This document shows positions 1-8,146 of a DNA stretch of 11,032 bases, piece by piece. Origin of the DNA: Candidatus Altarchaeum sp. GTDB lineage: Archaea; Altiarchaeota; Altiarchaeia; Altiarchaeales; Altiarchaeaceae. Position 1 is the stretch's first letter. Every line of letters begins with the position of its first letter. The position numbers were made by a program, and so were the translations under genes. Where the stretch lies: assembly GCA_018260615.1 (NCBI GenBank), contig JAGWDQ010000036.1, forward strand, positions 1 through 11,032, written 5' to 3'. The notes beneath the pieces are model-generated. The model saw only the letters and a list, made by a program, of their open reading frames with translations. It ran no database searches and was not told the origin of the DNA.

Positions 1-59
1 CATAATTATAGGAAGAATAAAATATTTTTCCCTTTTTGGAATCTGATTGCCACAAGACC
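1..59 (-). mobile_element. Probable end of an insertion sequence (IS6-like terminal inverted repeat) that interrupts rubrerythrin; possible transposase ATG at 3..1 running off the window
   Basis: The minus strand from 59 reads GGTCTTGTGGCAAT, 9/14 identical to the IS26/IS6-family IR GGCACTGTTGCAAA. It starts exactly where rubrerythrin homology stops. A minus-strand ATG lies at 3..1. Only one end is visible. Confidence 0.45.
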
Positions 60-320
60 TATGGTGTTGCCAAGCGTTGTCGGAACATCCGCTTCAACTT
101 TGATGACATCAAAATTTTCATCGCTCTTCTTTTTCAACTCGTTAATTAATTTAAACAGCCAGCTCGCATGCTCTTTTTCATTTTCTGCCGTGATGAGAAA
201 AATTTCAGAAATTTGTTCAAAGCCCTCTTTTCTGGCAATTTTAGAATACATTGTATACCTGTTTCTTGCCTGACTTTCTCCTGTAAATGCCGCCGCCAGA
301 TTTTTTATCGTGTTTTCCAT
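6..320 (-). pseudogene. rbr: Rubrerythrin, N-terminal half only (truncated after ...LGNTI at 60)
   Basis: It has the typical rubrerythrin N-terminus (NLAAAFTGESQARNRY, EGFEQISEIF, AENEKEHA, first ExxH). The expected ENLKAAIxGE, second ExxH and rubredoxin-like domain are replaced by an unrelated 17-aa tail (GLVAIRFQKGKNILFFL*). Confidence 0.85.
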
Positions 321-415
321 TTTCGCTGTGTTTTAAATTTTTTATAATTTATTATAACAATCTCACTATAAATTAGTAATATTTTTAAAATTCCTGTTTT
401 AAATCCCGAACGAAC

Positions 416-685
416 TTATTTTAATTTTCTCTTTTCTTCTCTGTATGCCTTTATTTCATTTTTCACATCCTCTCTTGTTATTCCTTCTTCGTTAAATTTC
501 TCTGAAAAGTAATCCATAAGTTTAAGCATTCCCTTTTTAGTCACATCCTGGTTCATCCTTTTCAGCAATATGCTATCGTCTTTTTGCATAACAAATAATC
601 TGTCTTTATTCTTAATTCCCAGTATATCTCTTATATCCTTGGGGATTACCAGCTGCCCTCTGCTTGAGACCGTTACTATCTCCAT
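416..685 (-). CDS. AbrB/MazE/SpoVT-family DNA-binding protein (antitoxin-like), no adjacent toxin
   Basis: N-terminal motif VTVSSRGQLVIPKDIRDILGI...D.L is the swapped-hairpin AbrB signature; charged helical C-terminus. Confidence 0.85.
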   Translation of the reverse strand: MEIVTVSSRGQLVIPKDIRDILGIKNKDRLFVMQKDDSILLKRMNQDVTKKGMLKLMDYFSEKFNEEGITREDVKNEIKAYREEKRKLK

Positions 686-748
686 TTTAGTAGGTCTTAC
701 TTATTAATTATAAATTTAAACATAAAAATGTCCTGCTTTTTTCCAGCT

Positions 749-1011
749 TCACACTCTTGCGAAATTTTTTGGAAATTTTTTATTTTTCTCATACTCTTCA
801 TACCTTTCCTCACCGACACATTCTTTTGCATGTTTGCACCATTCTATGCACAATGATGCTTCTTCTTTAAATACTTCTTTTTTGCAATTAGGACATTTTG
901 CTTTAAACTCGTCGCTCCAAATTTCAACTTCTTTCCCGCAATTAGGACATTTTAATATTCTATCTTTGGCTGCAAAACAAATTGCCTTCCGAGACAGTTA
1001 AAATCAGTCAT
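749..1011 (-). pseudogene. Small Cys-rich double zinc-ribbon protein with a one-base frameshift at ~954 (absent from the ORF track)
   Basis: ATG at 1011 gives MTDFNCLGRQFVLQPKIEY* (TAA at 954-952). The overlapping frame continues LKCPNCGKEVEIWSDEFKAKCPNCKKEVFKEEASLCIEWCKHAKECVGEERYEEYEKNKKFPKNFARV* (TGA 751-749) and has no ATG of its own. One added base at TAT-TAA-AAT would join them into an ~87-aa protein with two CPxC motifs plus CxxWCxxAxxC. Confidence 0.75.
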
Positions 1012-1054
1012 TTTCCATCTTTATTATCTTTTTTATCGTACAGGAAAGTTCGTT

Positions 1055-1348
1055 TTATTGTTCTCTCACACCAAGACACGGAGACACAAAGGGCAATGTT
1101 GCTCTGTGACTTTGTGTGAGTATTCTTCTGATTTTTTTATCAGTTCTAACCAAATTTATCGCTTTTTTCGGGCATTTTGATACACATGTCGTGCAACCAT
1201 AGCAATAACTTGTGTCCTGAACAAGACACACATTTTTATTCCCAACCTTTTCTATTTTAAATATCCTCTGACCTTTATGACATACCCCTACACATATTCC
1301 GCAACCATCACATTTTTCGGGGTCTATTGTTATTTGTACCATCGGCAT
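1055..1348 (-). CDS. 2x[4Fe-4S] ferredoxin-like protein with C-terminal extension
   Basis: Two CxxCxxCxxxC motifs: CDGCGICVGVC(H) and CYGCTTCVSKCP, followed by AI. Start at 1348 or 1342. Confidence 0.9.
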   Translation of the reverse strand: MPMVQITIDPEKCDGCGICVGVCHKGQRIFKIEKVGNKNVCLVQDTSYCYGCTTCVSKCPKKAINLVRTDKKIRRILTQSHRATLPFVSPCLGVREQ

Positions 1349-1358
1349 TACAATATTT

Positions 1359-1622
1359 TTATTTTACAAGTAAACTATACCTTTTCCTGTCTTTCAGTTC
1401 ACTGATTTTTCCTTCGTTCCATCCTGCAATGTTCTGATAATATCCTGTAATTCTTGAATAATGTTCTAATACCTTACCCCCATGAGGAAGCGTTTTTTCG
1501 TATGTTTTAGCGCATTCCATTGAACAAACAACATCGCCCTTATCTGTTGGTTTTAAATTTTTATCAACGGTTGCCTGAAAATGCTCGCCAACTATATCCT
1601 TTCCGCAAACAACACATTTCAT
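1359..1622 (-). CDS. Small stand-alone NrdD-like glycyl-radical C-terminal domain with N-terminal TRASH/YHS-like metal finger
   Basis: YSRITGYY-x5-WNEGKISELKDR matches the class III RNR C-terminal RxxGY...N.GK.xE..xR motif. The N-terminus is CVVCG-x25-CSMEC. ATG at 1622 (MKCVVC); the ORF track starts at GTG 1634. Confidence 0.8.
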   Translation of the reverse strand: MKCVVCGKDIVGEHFQATVDKNLKPTDKGDVVCSMECAKTYEKTLPHGGKVLEHYSRITGYYQNIAGWNEGKISELKDRKRYSLLVK

Positions 1623-1745
1623 TCTTATAGTCACATTTAACTATTTTTTTAATAATTAATATATAATTAATATTAGGTATTTAAATATTTAAAATAAAAA
1701 GAAATTTTTAAGATAGTTTAAAAATGTCAAAAATTTATCGCAAAA

Positions 1746-2120
1746 ATGTCAAATCCGCACAATACAAAAAATTGCCCGATAATGGGAATCAATAAATGTA
1801 TTTTTGAAGAAACAGGAAAATGCCCGATTACTGAAATTTCAAACATTCTCGCCAAAAGATGGGTGATGCAAATAATGAGGGAATTACTTGCCGGAAACAG
1901 AAGATTCAACGAACTTCAAAAGTCATTAAAAAACATTAGTCCGAGAGTGCTTTCGGAAAGATTGGATGAAATGGAAAAGTACGGGATAATCAAAAGAAAA
2001 ATTTATGCGGAAGTTCCGGTTAAAGTTGAGTATTCATTAACAGAAAAAGGATTGGAATTAAAGGACTCATTAAATGCCCTGACTAAATGGTGGATAAAAT
2101 GGGAATTAAGCAATATTTGA
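1746..2120 (+). CDS. HxlR-family winged-HTH transcriptional regulator (HypR/YodB/QsrR-like)
   Basis: CP...ILAKRWVMQIMREL...RRFNELQKSL.NISPRVLSERLDEME..GII.R..YAEVPVKVEYSLTEKG is the HxlR signature. Three N-terminal Cys (C10, C18, C26). Divergent from the redox genes. Confidence 0.93.
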   Translation: MSNPHNTKNCPIMGINKCIFEETGKCPITEISNILAKRWVMQIMRELLAGNRRFNELQKSLKNISPRVLSERLDEMEKYGIIKRKIYAEVPVKVEYSLTEKGLELKDSLNALTKWWIKWELSNI

Positions 2121-2248
2121 GAAATTTTCTTTTTTATAATTATATTGCTAGAAGTAAGCAGCGGGATTCTAAATTTTCAAGATAATTGTTTAGTGTTATT
2201 CGTTTTCATAGGTCTATTCTTTTATTCGGTTAGAGAATGGTATTTCAT

Positions 2249-2336
2249 ATAACGGATGGAGGATATACGACGTTCGCCGATAGGCGAATGTCCCGAAGGG
2301 CAAGGACGAAGTCCGCCGCGTATATCCTTTTGTTAT
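2249..2336. repeat. attC-like structured element E1 (88 bp)
   Basis: ATAAC-GGAT-GGAGGATATACG-[ACGTTCGCC GATA GGCGAATGT]-[CCC GAA GGG]-CAA-[GGAC GAA GTCC]-GCCG-CGTATATCCTTT-T-GTTAT. Confidence 0.9.
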
Positions 2337-2355
2337 GTGAAGTTGATGAAGGACA

Positions 2356-3936
2356 CTAAATGTCTAATTTGTTATATATTGGCAGCACCGGCGGCATCCA
2401 ATCATTTTCAATTTTCCTGAATTGATCTGTTATCTCAAAGATATGATGTAATGGTGTAACAACCACGCCCGTATCTTCATTTGGTTCCTCTTTAATCCAT
2501 GATTTAAGGTTGTTGAATGAGATATGATACGCATCCTCAAGTAATTCAAGAGCGACTTTTTTCATCTCAAATCCGGAATACAGGAGATACGCTACAACCA
2601 TTAGATCATTTGACTGCAGATTGCAGTATGGCTGGTATGGCGCCATTTTAAATATTGTTGGCTTTTGATGCGTTCTTTCAAATTTTTCAAACCTTTCTTC
2701 ACCCCACAATCCATGTAATTTTCTTAAAATTCTCATCACATCATCCGCCATTCCAAGTCGCGCATAACCAACCATAACATCGTACAATTTTATATTTCTC
2801 CAGCTTCTTTTAAACTGTGCTGATCGATAGGTTGTAAAATGATTTGCCAATTTTTCACCATCCTCAAGCAATTCCTTCCCGGAATCAATATTATTAAATC
2901 TTGCAAAAACAGGTGCAATGAAATTTCTGAATGGTTCTTCTACTATTCTACCCACTTTTTTCCCTTTTAGTTCTTCTTCCTTTGGTTTTGTTTTTTCGGC
3001 AATTAACATGGCAAATTCTAATGCTTTTTTGTCGTTTAATCTTGAATAAGCATAAATTAAACTTAAAATTTCTCCCTCATCGCGCGGAATTTCCAGCATT
3101 GGGCGATTCGCTGCAGGAGAATCTTTAAGGTCGGGATATACTTCACATAACCTGGTATGCATCAATTTATCAATCCTTTTTTCCTCTTTATCAAGTATCT
3201 GTTTTGATTCGGCATATCCATTGGAAATTGAGATATATTCAAATATTCTATGTTCTCCAGAGCATACCGGAGCATCTCCTTTCGTCAATCCAAATATAGA
3301 GGGATTTCGTTTATCCGGAAATAAATCAAATATTTTTGCATCTTTAAAAAATCTTGAGAGCCATAAATTTATTCCTTCATTTAGTTTTCCCGCGCTTGCC
3401 AATCGCCACCATATATCATCCCCATCTATCTCAAAACCAATTTGGACTATATCACAATCCTCATTAAAGTGTTCTGAACGCATACGCATCCGGCATGTAT
3501 CGCCGACAAATATAAATGAGATATCCCTTATTACATCCTCTAATCCAAGAGATGTAGCAATCAAAAACCAATCATTAAACAGACCAGATGGTGCATTAAA
3601 CACACCAAATGTTCTAATTTCTTCAATCTTATTTTTTATATCTTTTTCTATGAATGCCGTTGGAAATCTTTCAAATAATTCTTTAGCAATGGCAAGTTCT
3701 CTTGCACATACCAAATCCCGAAGTATCTCAAATTCTTTATAATAAATTGGTTGAACATCACGATATTTCCCTTTCTTTGAAAAGAAATTTGTATTTTTTA
3801 TATATTCATTCATTTGGTCTATCTCTCCTGCCCGTGCATATATTCTTAGAGCATCTTGAATTGCCATTTCCTTCCAATTTTTATGTTTAGAGCATTCACT
3901 CATTACTTCATTTAATCTATATTCCCATGTTACCAT
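2356..3936 (-). CDS. Hypothetical 526-aa cytoplasmic, largely alpha-helical protein
   Basis: Long ORF, charged and Leu/Ala-rich, no signal peptide or motif I recognise. Its stop codon directly abuts the cassette end arm (2332-2355). Confidence 0.8.
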   Translation of the reverse strand: MVTWEYRLNEVMSECSKHKNWKEMAIQDALRIYARAGEIDQMNEYIKNTNFFSKKGKYRDVQPIYYKEFEILRDLVCARELAIAKELFERFPTAFIEKDIKNKIEEIRTFGVFNAPSGLFNDWFLIATSLGLEDVIRDISFIFVGDTCRMRMRSEHFNEDCDIVQIGFEIDGDDIWWRLASAGKLNEGINLWLSRFFKDAKIFDLFPDKRNPSIFGLTKGDAPVCSGEHRIFEYISISNGYAESKQILDKEEKRIDKLMHTRLCEVYPDLKDSPAANRPMLEIPRDEGEILSLIYAYSRLNDKKALEFAMLIAEKTKPKEEELKGKKVGRIVEEPFRNFIAPVFARFNNIDSGKELLEDGEKLANHFTTYRSAQFKRSWRNIKLYDVMVGYARLGMADDVMRILRKLHGLWGEERFEKFERTHQKPTIFKMAPYQPYCNLQSNDLMVVAYLLYSGFEMKKVALELLEDAYHISFNNLKSWIKEEPNEDTGVVVTPLHHIFEITDQFRKIENDWMPPVLPIYNKLDI

Positions 3937-3958
3937 TTTTTAATGTTTCCTTTTGTTT

Positions 3959-4771
3959 TTAATTTATAAGCATATCTTCTTGTGTTGATCCCGGGCTTAA
4001 AAATCTTATATCGGGATTTTGTTTTAATTTTTCCGTGATTTTTGTTTCTAATTTTTGGACAAGCGTTTCATTTTCCTCATTAACCCCACAGATTTGAACA
4101 TATATTGCATTATGGGACGAAAGGATTATAGGAATAAATGGATTGCCTACTCTCTCATTACCAACCAATAAATATAGTTTATTATCGGGCAAATGAAATG
4201 TTATTACTCTAAAAAGTTGGCTTCTGTATCTACCATTATAAAAATCTTTAATACTGGTGGGAAATATTTTGCCCAACAACGGAAAAACTAAATAATAATA
4301 CCAGTATTTATATCTTCTACGAAAATTACCTAAAGTTGCAGAGTAATCTTGTTTTTTATATTTAATTGGTATTTCGTTTAAGCATTTTTCAACAATACCC
4401 AATGCAAAATTCAATTCTATGTTATAAAATTCCAATAGATGATAAAGGTCTTTACCTATTATATTCTTATGATTATGCCAATTATTAAATAATGAATTAC
4501 TCTTATCTCTCGCCCAGACAGACCGAACTGGAAGTATAACGATTGTATAATAAAATAATGCCATAACAAAAACCCAGGATATGAGGAAAAATAATGTATT
4601 AACATATATATTACTAAAGTCAAAACTATAAACATTAGTGACTACATGAAGCATACTCCCGGTGACTATTAATGACATGAGTGTGATAGGGATCCACATC
4701 AGAATAAACAATATAAATATTATCCAGAATGCTACTTTATTTATTTGAATCGTCCTATAAACCCAATTCAT
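3959..4771 (-). CDS. Hypothetical membrane protein (two N-terminal TM segments, soluble C-terminal domain)
   Basis: Hydrophobic stretches VAFWIIFILFILMWIPITLMSLIVTG and LFFLISWVFVMALFYYTIVILPV; 22-34 bp spacing from its neighbours. Confidence 0.8.
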   Translation of the reverse strand: MNWVYRTIQINKVAFWIIFILFILMWIPITLMSLIVTGSMLHVVTNVYSFDFSNIYVNTLFFLISWVFVMALFYYTIVILPVRSVWARDKSNSLFNNWHNHKNIIGKDLYHLLEFYNIELNFALGIVEKCLNEIPIKYKKQDYSATLGNFRRRYKYWYYYLVFPLLGKIFPTSIKDFYNGRYRSQLFRVITFHLPDNKLYLLVGNERVGNPFIPIILSSHNAIYVQICGVNEENETLVQKLETKITEKLKQNPDIRFLSPGSTQEDMLIN

Positions 4772-4805
4772 TTTGCTCTTTATTTTTTTGATTTTACGGT
4801 TTTAA

Positions 4806-7800
4806 TCAAATTTCAGATATATGTGCACTAACACCATTCCCACTTCCCGCCGGAGCGTCAGACTCTATCTTTCTTACATCTGTTGCCGGTGCATTTCCCG
4901 TTCTTGGTTCAAAATAGTTCCCGTCAACGGTTCTGCCTGCGGTTGCCATTCCCTTATACTCATACACACCAGTATCGGGATTCTCTATATATTTTCTCGT
5001 GCTTGTGTGTGCTACCTGTGTATTTGGGTAATCTTCAAGATATGTTCTTCCGGAAGGCGTAGTATATGTCCTCCCACTTAATCTCCCTTTTGTTACGATT
5101 TTTAACATAACTCCATACCCCGTTTCGTTTTCAATATATTTAATTTCCGTTATTCTTATTCCATTCTCATCCAATACATCTGTCCTGCCCAGTATAGTAT
5201 CACTTCTTGCCAGATGCTCATTATAGATCTTATTCACAATGTTATTGTGCTGTGTCTCTGCTATGTTGTTCAATTCCGAATACTCCGTATGTGTAAGGTT
5301 TAGTATTTTGCTAAATATTTTCCCGGGTGTTGTTTCTATCCCAAGTGCAGAATCTAAATACTCTTGAATTTTTGAAGTTATTTCCTCCTGATCAGAGCCA
5401 TTAAAAATACTTTCAACATTTGTGGTGTGCCACAACTGAGTATTGATATGTGTATATCCCGCTTTGTATCCAAGTGCCGCTCCGGATGACCCAACTAAAG
5501 ACAATGTTTTTATCAGGGTCCCATCGTCATTCCGACACGCAACAAATTCCAGACCTCCTGAAATCGCTCCTGCAGGTGTGGGTGTACTGCCTTGTGCAAA
5601 CCCTCCAGTACATGTACCTCCATACTCTGAATTGCCTTCAATACCCCAAACTAATGTGGCTTCTCCCTGTATCGATATGTCCGAAAAAAGATCAATTAAT
5701 GAACTTACTCCCCCGGTCGCCTCTGCAGGACCAGCAAGTTGAGCTATATCTGTTAATCCTACACTAAGTATGAGTCCCGCGCCCAATTCCGCCGATTCTG
5801 TTGTTATTATACTCACATCATGTGTTTTAAGATTGATAAGTAATCCTCCCTGTACATCAACACCTGCTGATACGACACAATTAAAACTTGCTGTACCACC
5901 AGTCGCAGGGATTATAACTATCGCATCCGCACCCGTCAGGTCATGAATACTGTCCAATACATCAATTACATACTCTGACTCTGTTTTATTTGAATAAACA
6001 ACAATATTAACTGATTTTAAATTAACAGAAGAATTATCAATATATTTTGGAACATCAAAGTCCAGATAATATGTTTCGTTTTGTGAAATATTTACTTGTC
6101 TTGTATCATTACAAATTATGCTACCATTTTCAGCATAAGCAGTTAATATTATCGTATGATTATCACTATAATTGGCAAGAATTGAATATGTGAATCTTGT
6201 TTGCGAATCATTTTCTTCAATATCTTCCAATCTCACGATTTTTAATGGATCCGCATCTTTTGAAATTTTAGAAAATGTCGCTTTCCGTTTGAGGTAATGG
6301 GTTGAATTATGAGGGAGTATAATCTCTTTTCCGACAGTATAATTGCCGTTGAGATCTAAATTTAAATCAGAATTAATTCCGGAATTATTTATAACAGTGA
6401 CAACTATCTCTTTTGGAATGCTGTTCGTTGTTTCGGAACTTGATTTCAGGATAACGGTTGCTGTGTAATTGTTGTTTGTTATACTAAAATTATCAAAAAT
6501 AATTCTATTGGAATCTATATTTATAGTTCCGTTAATGCGGATAATTGTTTCATTTGAAACCAAAAGCAATTGTGCATTTTTTATTTCAGATAAATCGCTC
6601 TCAGCAGATATACTGAATGGAAATTCATCAAGATAAATTACTTCATGGGAATCATTATTTAAAATTTGTGTTAAATTGCCGCAAGAGTAATTCAACCAGT
6701 TCACTTTATAAGGGGAGTAGGTAAAGCTGGCAGTATTGTTTATATTAATTTTTCTTGTATTTGTGGATATGTTTCCTGTACTGTAAATCCCTGATGCGGT
6801 GTACCAATAACCCTCCGAACTATATGGCAGGTTATAAAGAACAAATTGCGAAACTCCATTTATATCTGTTGTACTGTTTAAAACAATTGTTAAATTTGAA
6901 TTCCACACATTTAATTGCACAGAAATGTTCTCTTCCGGGTATCCAAGATTAGTAGATTTGATGCCAATGACCGAAACAGATATTTGAGTATTATTTATTA
7001 AATAGGAGGGGATTGGTTTTTCCATCAAAGGGTTGGTTTCTGTTTTATTGTCATCGTCAAATTGACCTAAATATTCTATTTTTCTATAATATAATGAACA
7101 GGTATTAACACAATCAGAAACTGCAGATATATCATTATAATTATTGGTTGTGGTGCATGTGTTATTATCTCCTGAATTTGAACCAATATTGGAAATGTCA
7201 TAATAATCACCTCCTGATTGATTGTTATTGCAGAATATATTAAAGTTTATTGTATTGCTTGCAGCAGTACTTGTCGTATAAAAACCATGACGATTATTGT
7301 TGTTTGCAGTATTATTGATTAAATTATTATATTCTGAGTAAGAAGATAAATAAATCCCATAATAATTTGAATTTGCCGTATTACCGGTTATGTTATTATT
7401 ATCCGAATACCGCAGATAAATTCCGCGATAAAAATCAGTAACTACACAATTCCTGATTACATTATTGTCTTTACTACTTAAATAAATTCCTTTATCAGTT
7501 CCAGAACCGTCACCGCCAATTGTATTTCCCTGGCAGTCAAAGATTTTATTGTTGAAATTTCCAGGGTTGTCAATGCAAGTTCCTGTGTGGTTTATTATGC
7601 TGGTATTTAGTTTGACTGTATATGCATTATTGTTAATGTTCAGAGCATCATAGCAATCCGAACAGCTGTCACACGCGCATACTTCCCCCATGGTCCCTGT
7701 GCAGTTATTGGCACTTGCGAGTGTGCTCACTCCAAGGATAAATACAAAAGTTAGTATTCCATACATTACAGTTCTCCATAAATTTTCATTCAATGGTCCA

Positions 7801-7856
7801 AAACCCTTATCCGCTCTCTCATGAACTTCAGCGGAACAACTATTTTTGTTTTGCAT
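4806..7856 (-). CDS. Large secreted/surface protein: N-terminal NosD/right-handed beta-helix (PbH1) repeats, beta-rich middle, Gly/Ala-rich segment and uncharacterised C-terminal domain
   Basis: Signal/anchor segment (YGILTFVFILGVSTLASA). Motif CDSCSDC...TCI...IFDCQGNTI.G, then repeated GIYL....NN.I..N.. units. Many NxS/T sequons. Confidence 0.85.
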   Translation of the reverse strand: MQNKNSCSAEVHERADKGFGPLNENLWRTVMYGILTFVFILGVSTLASANNCTGTMGEVCACDSCSDCYDALNINNNAYTVKLNTSIINHTGTCIDNPGNFNNKIFDCQGNTIGGDGSGTDKGIYLSSKDNNVIRNCVVTDFYRGIYLRYSDNNNITGNTANSNYYGIYLSSYSEYNNLINNTANNNNRHGFYTTSTAASNTINFNIFCNNNQSGGDYYDISNIGSNSGDNNTCTTTNNYNDISAVSDCVNTCSLYYRKIEYLGQFDDDNKTETNPLMEKPIPSYLINNTQISVSVIGIKSTNLGYPEENISVQLNVWNSNLTIVLNSTTDINGVSQFVLYNLPYSSEGYWYTASGIYSTGNISTNTRKININNTASFTYSPYKVNWLNYSCGNLTQILNNDSHEVIYLDEFPFSISAESDLSEIKNAQLLLVSNETIIRINGTINIDSNRIIFDNFSITNNNYTATVILKSSSETTNSIPKEIVVTVINNSGINSDLNLDLNGNYTVGKEIILPHNSTHYLKRKATFSKISKDADPLKIVRLEDIEENDSQTRFTYSILANYSDNHTIILTAYAENGSIICNDTRQVNISQNETYYLDFDVPKYIDNSSVNLKSVNIVVYSNKTESEYVIDVLDSIHDLTGADAIVIIPATGGTASFNCVVSAGVDVQGGLLINLKTHDVSIITTESAELGAGLILSVGLTDIAQLAGPAEATGGVSSLIDLFSDISIQGEATLVWGIEGNSEYGGTCTGGFAQGSTPTPAGAISGGLEFVACRNDDGTLIKTLSLVGSSGAALGYKAGYTHINTQLWHTTNVESIFNGSDQEEITSKIQEYLDSALGIETTPGKIFSKILNLTHTEYSELNNIAETQHNNIVNKIYNEHLARSDTILGRTDVLDENGIRITEIKYIENETGYGVMLKIVTKGRLSGRTYTTPSGRTYLEDYPNTQVAHTSTRKYIENPDTGVYEYKGMATAGRTVDGNYFEPRTGNAPATDVRKIESDAPAGSGNGVSAHISEI

Positions 7857-7943
7857 TTTTTGTTTAATTTTGTTTGATTTTATTTATTTTGATTTAAAGT
7901 TAATAAATGTTTAAATTCTAAATTTGTCCGTAGTCAATTTCAT

Positions 7944-8031
7944 ATAACGTATGCGATTAAGCGAAGTTTTGCGTCAGCAAAATATGGGTGAAGTTTCCTG
8001 CAAGGAAACGTAACCGCTTAATCGCTGTTAT
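7944..8031. repeat. attC-like structured element E2 (88 bp, divergent sequence)
   Basis: ATAAC-GTAT-GCGATTAAGCG-[AAGTTTTGC GTCA GCAAAATAT]-GGGTGAA-[GTTTCCT GCA AGGAAAC]-GTAAC-CGCTTAATCGC-T-GTTAT. The TTAAGC/GCTTAA stem resembles a canonical attC L box. Confidence 0.9.
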
Positions 8032-8146
8032 GCTCTCTGACCGAAGGGAAGACGAAATTTTAGTGCAACGATGCCGAAGGTAAAAATTTCGAGTTCAAAA
8101 ATCGTGCGTGGGGTGGAAGTTTTAGAAATTAGTGAGGACTGATTAA

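Noticed and set aside
404-413. CCCGAACG resembling the sequence near 8544-8551
   Set aside because: An 8-bp match only, with no ATAAC/GTTAT core or hairpin nearby.
1004-1018. ATG-GAA-AAT-GAC-TGA as a selenocysteine read-through start for the zinc-ribbon gene
   Set aside because: It is not in frame with the MTDFNC half, read-through meets an in-frame TAA two codons later, the TGA is not at a Cys position, and no SECIS is evident.
1650-1700. AATTAATAT direct repeat and quasi-palindromes as the HxlR operator
   Set aside because: The location is plausible, but the stretch is almost purely A/T, so such repeats are expected by chance and no operator can be specified.
1727-1909. 60-aa minus ORF overlapping the regulator
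   Set aside because: It is antisense to a clear HxlR gene and has no recognisable features.
2258-2330. Cloverleaf-like fold as a tRNA gene
   Set aside because: No T-loop GTTCRA in a loop, no D-loop GG, no 7-nt anticodon loop (loops are 3-4 nt), and the closing stem is 11-12 bp.
3221-3742. 173-aa + strand ORF and other + strand ORFs (61..273, 2931..3128, 3702..3890, 4821..5081, 5443..5742, 5450..5767, 6755..6952, 8722..8949, 8971..9297, 9531..9830, 9964..10152, 10207..10440, 10567..10803, 10575..10838)
   Set aside because: They are antisense shadows of longer, recognisable minus-strand genes, with Ser/Ile/Phe-rich composition and no motifs.
3937-4805. Hidden cassette boundaries between the three genes of cassette D
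   Set aside because: The gaps are only 22 and 34 bp and contain no AAC/GTT palindrome.
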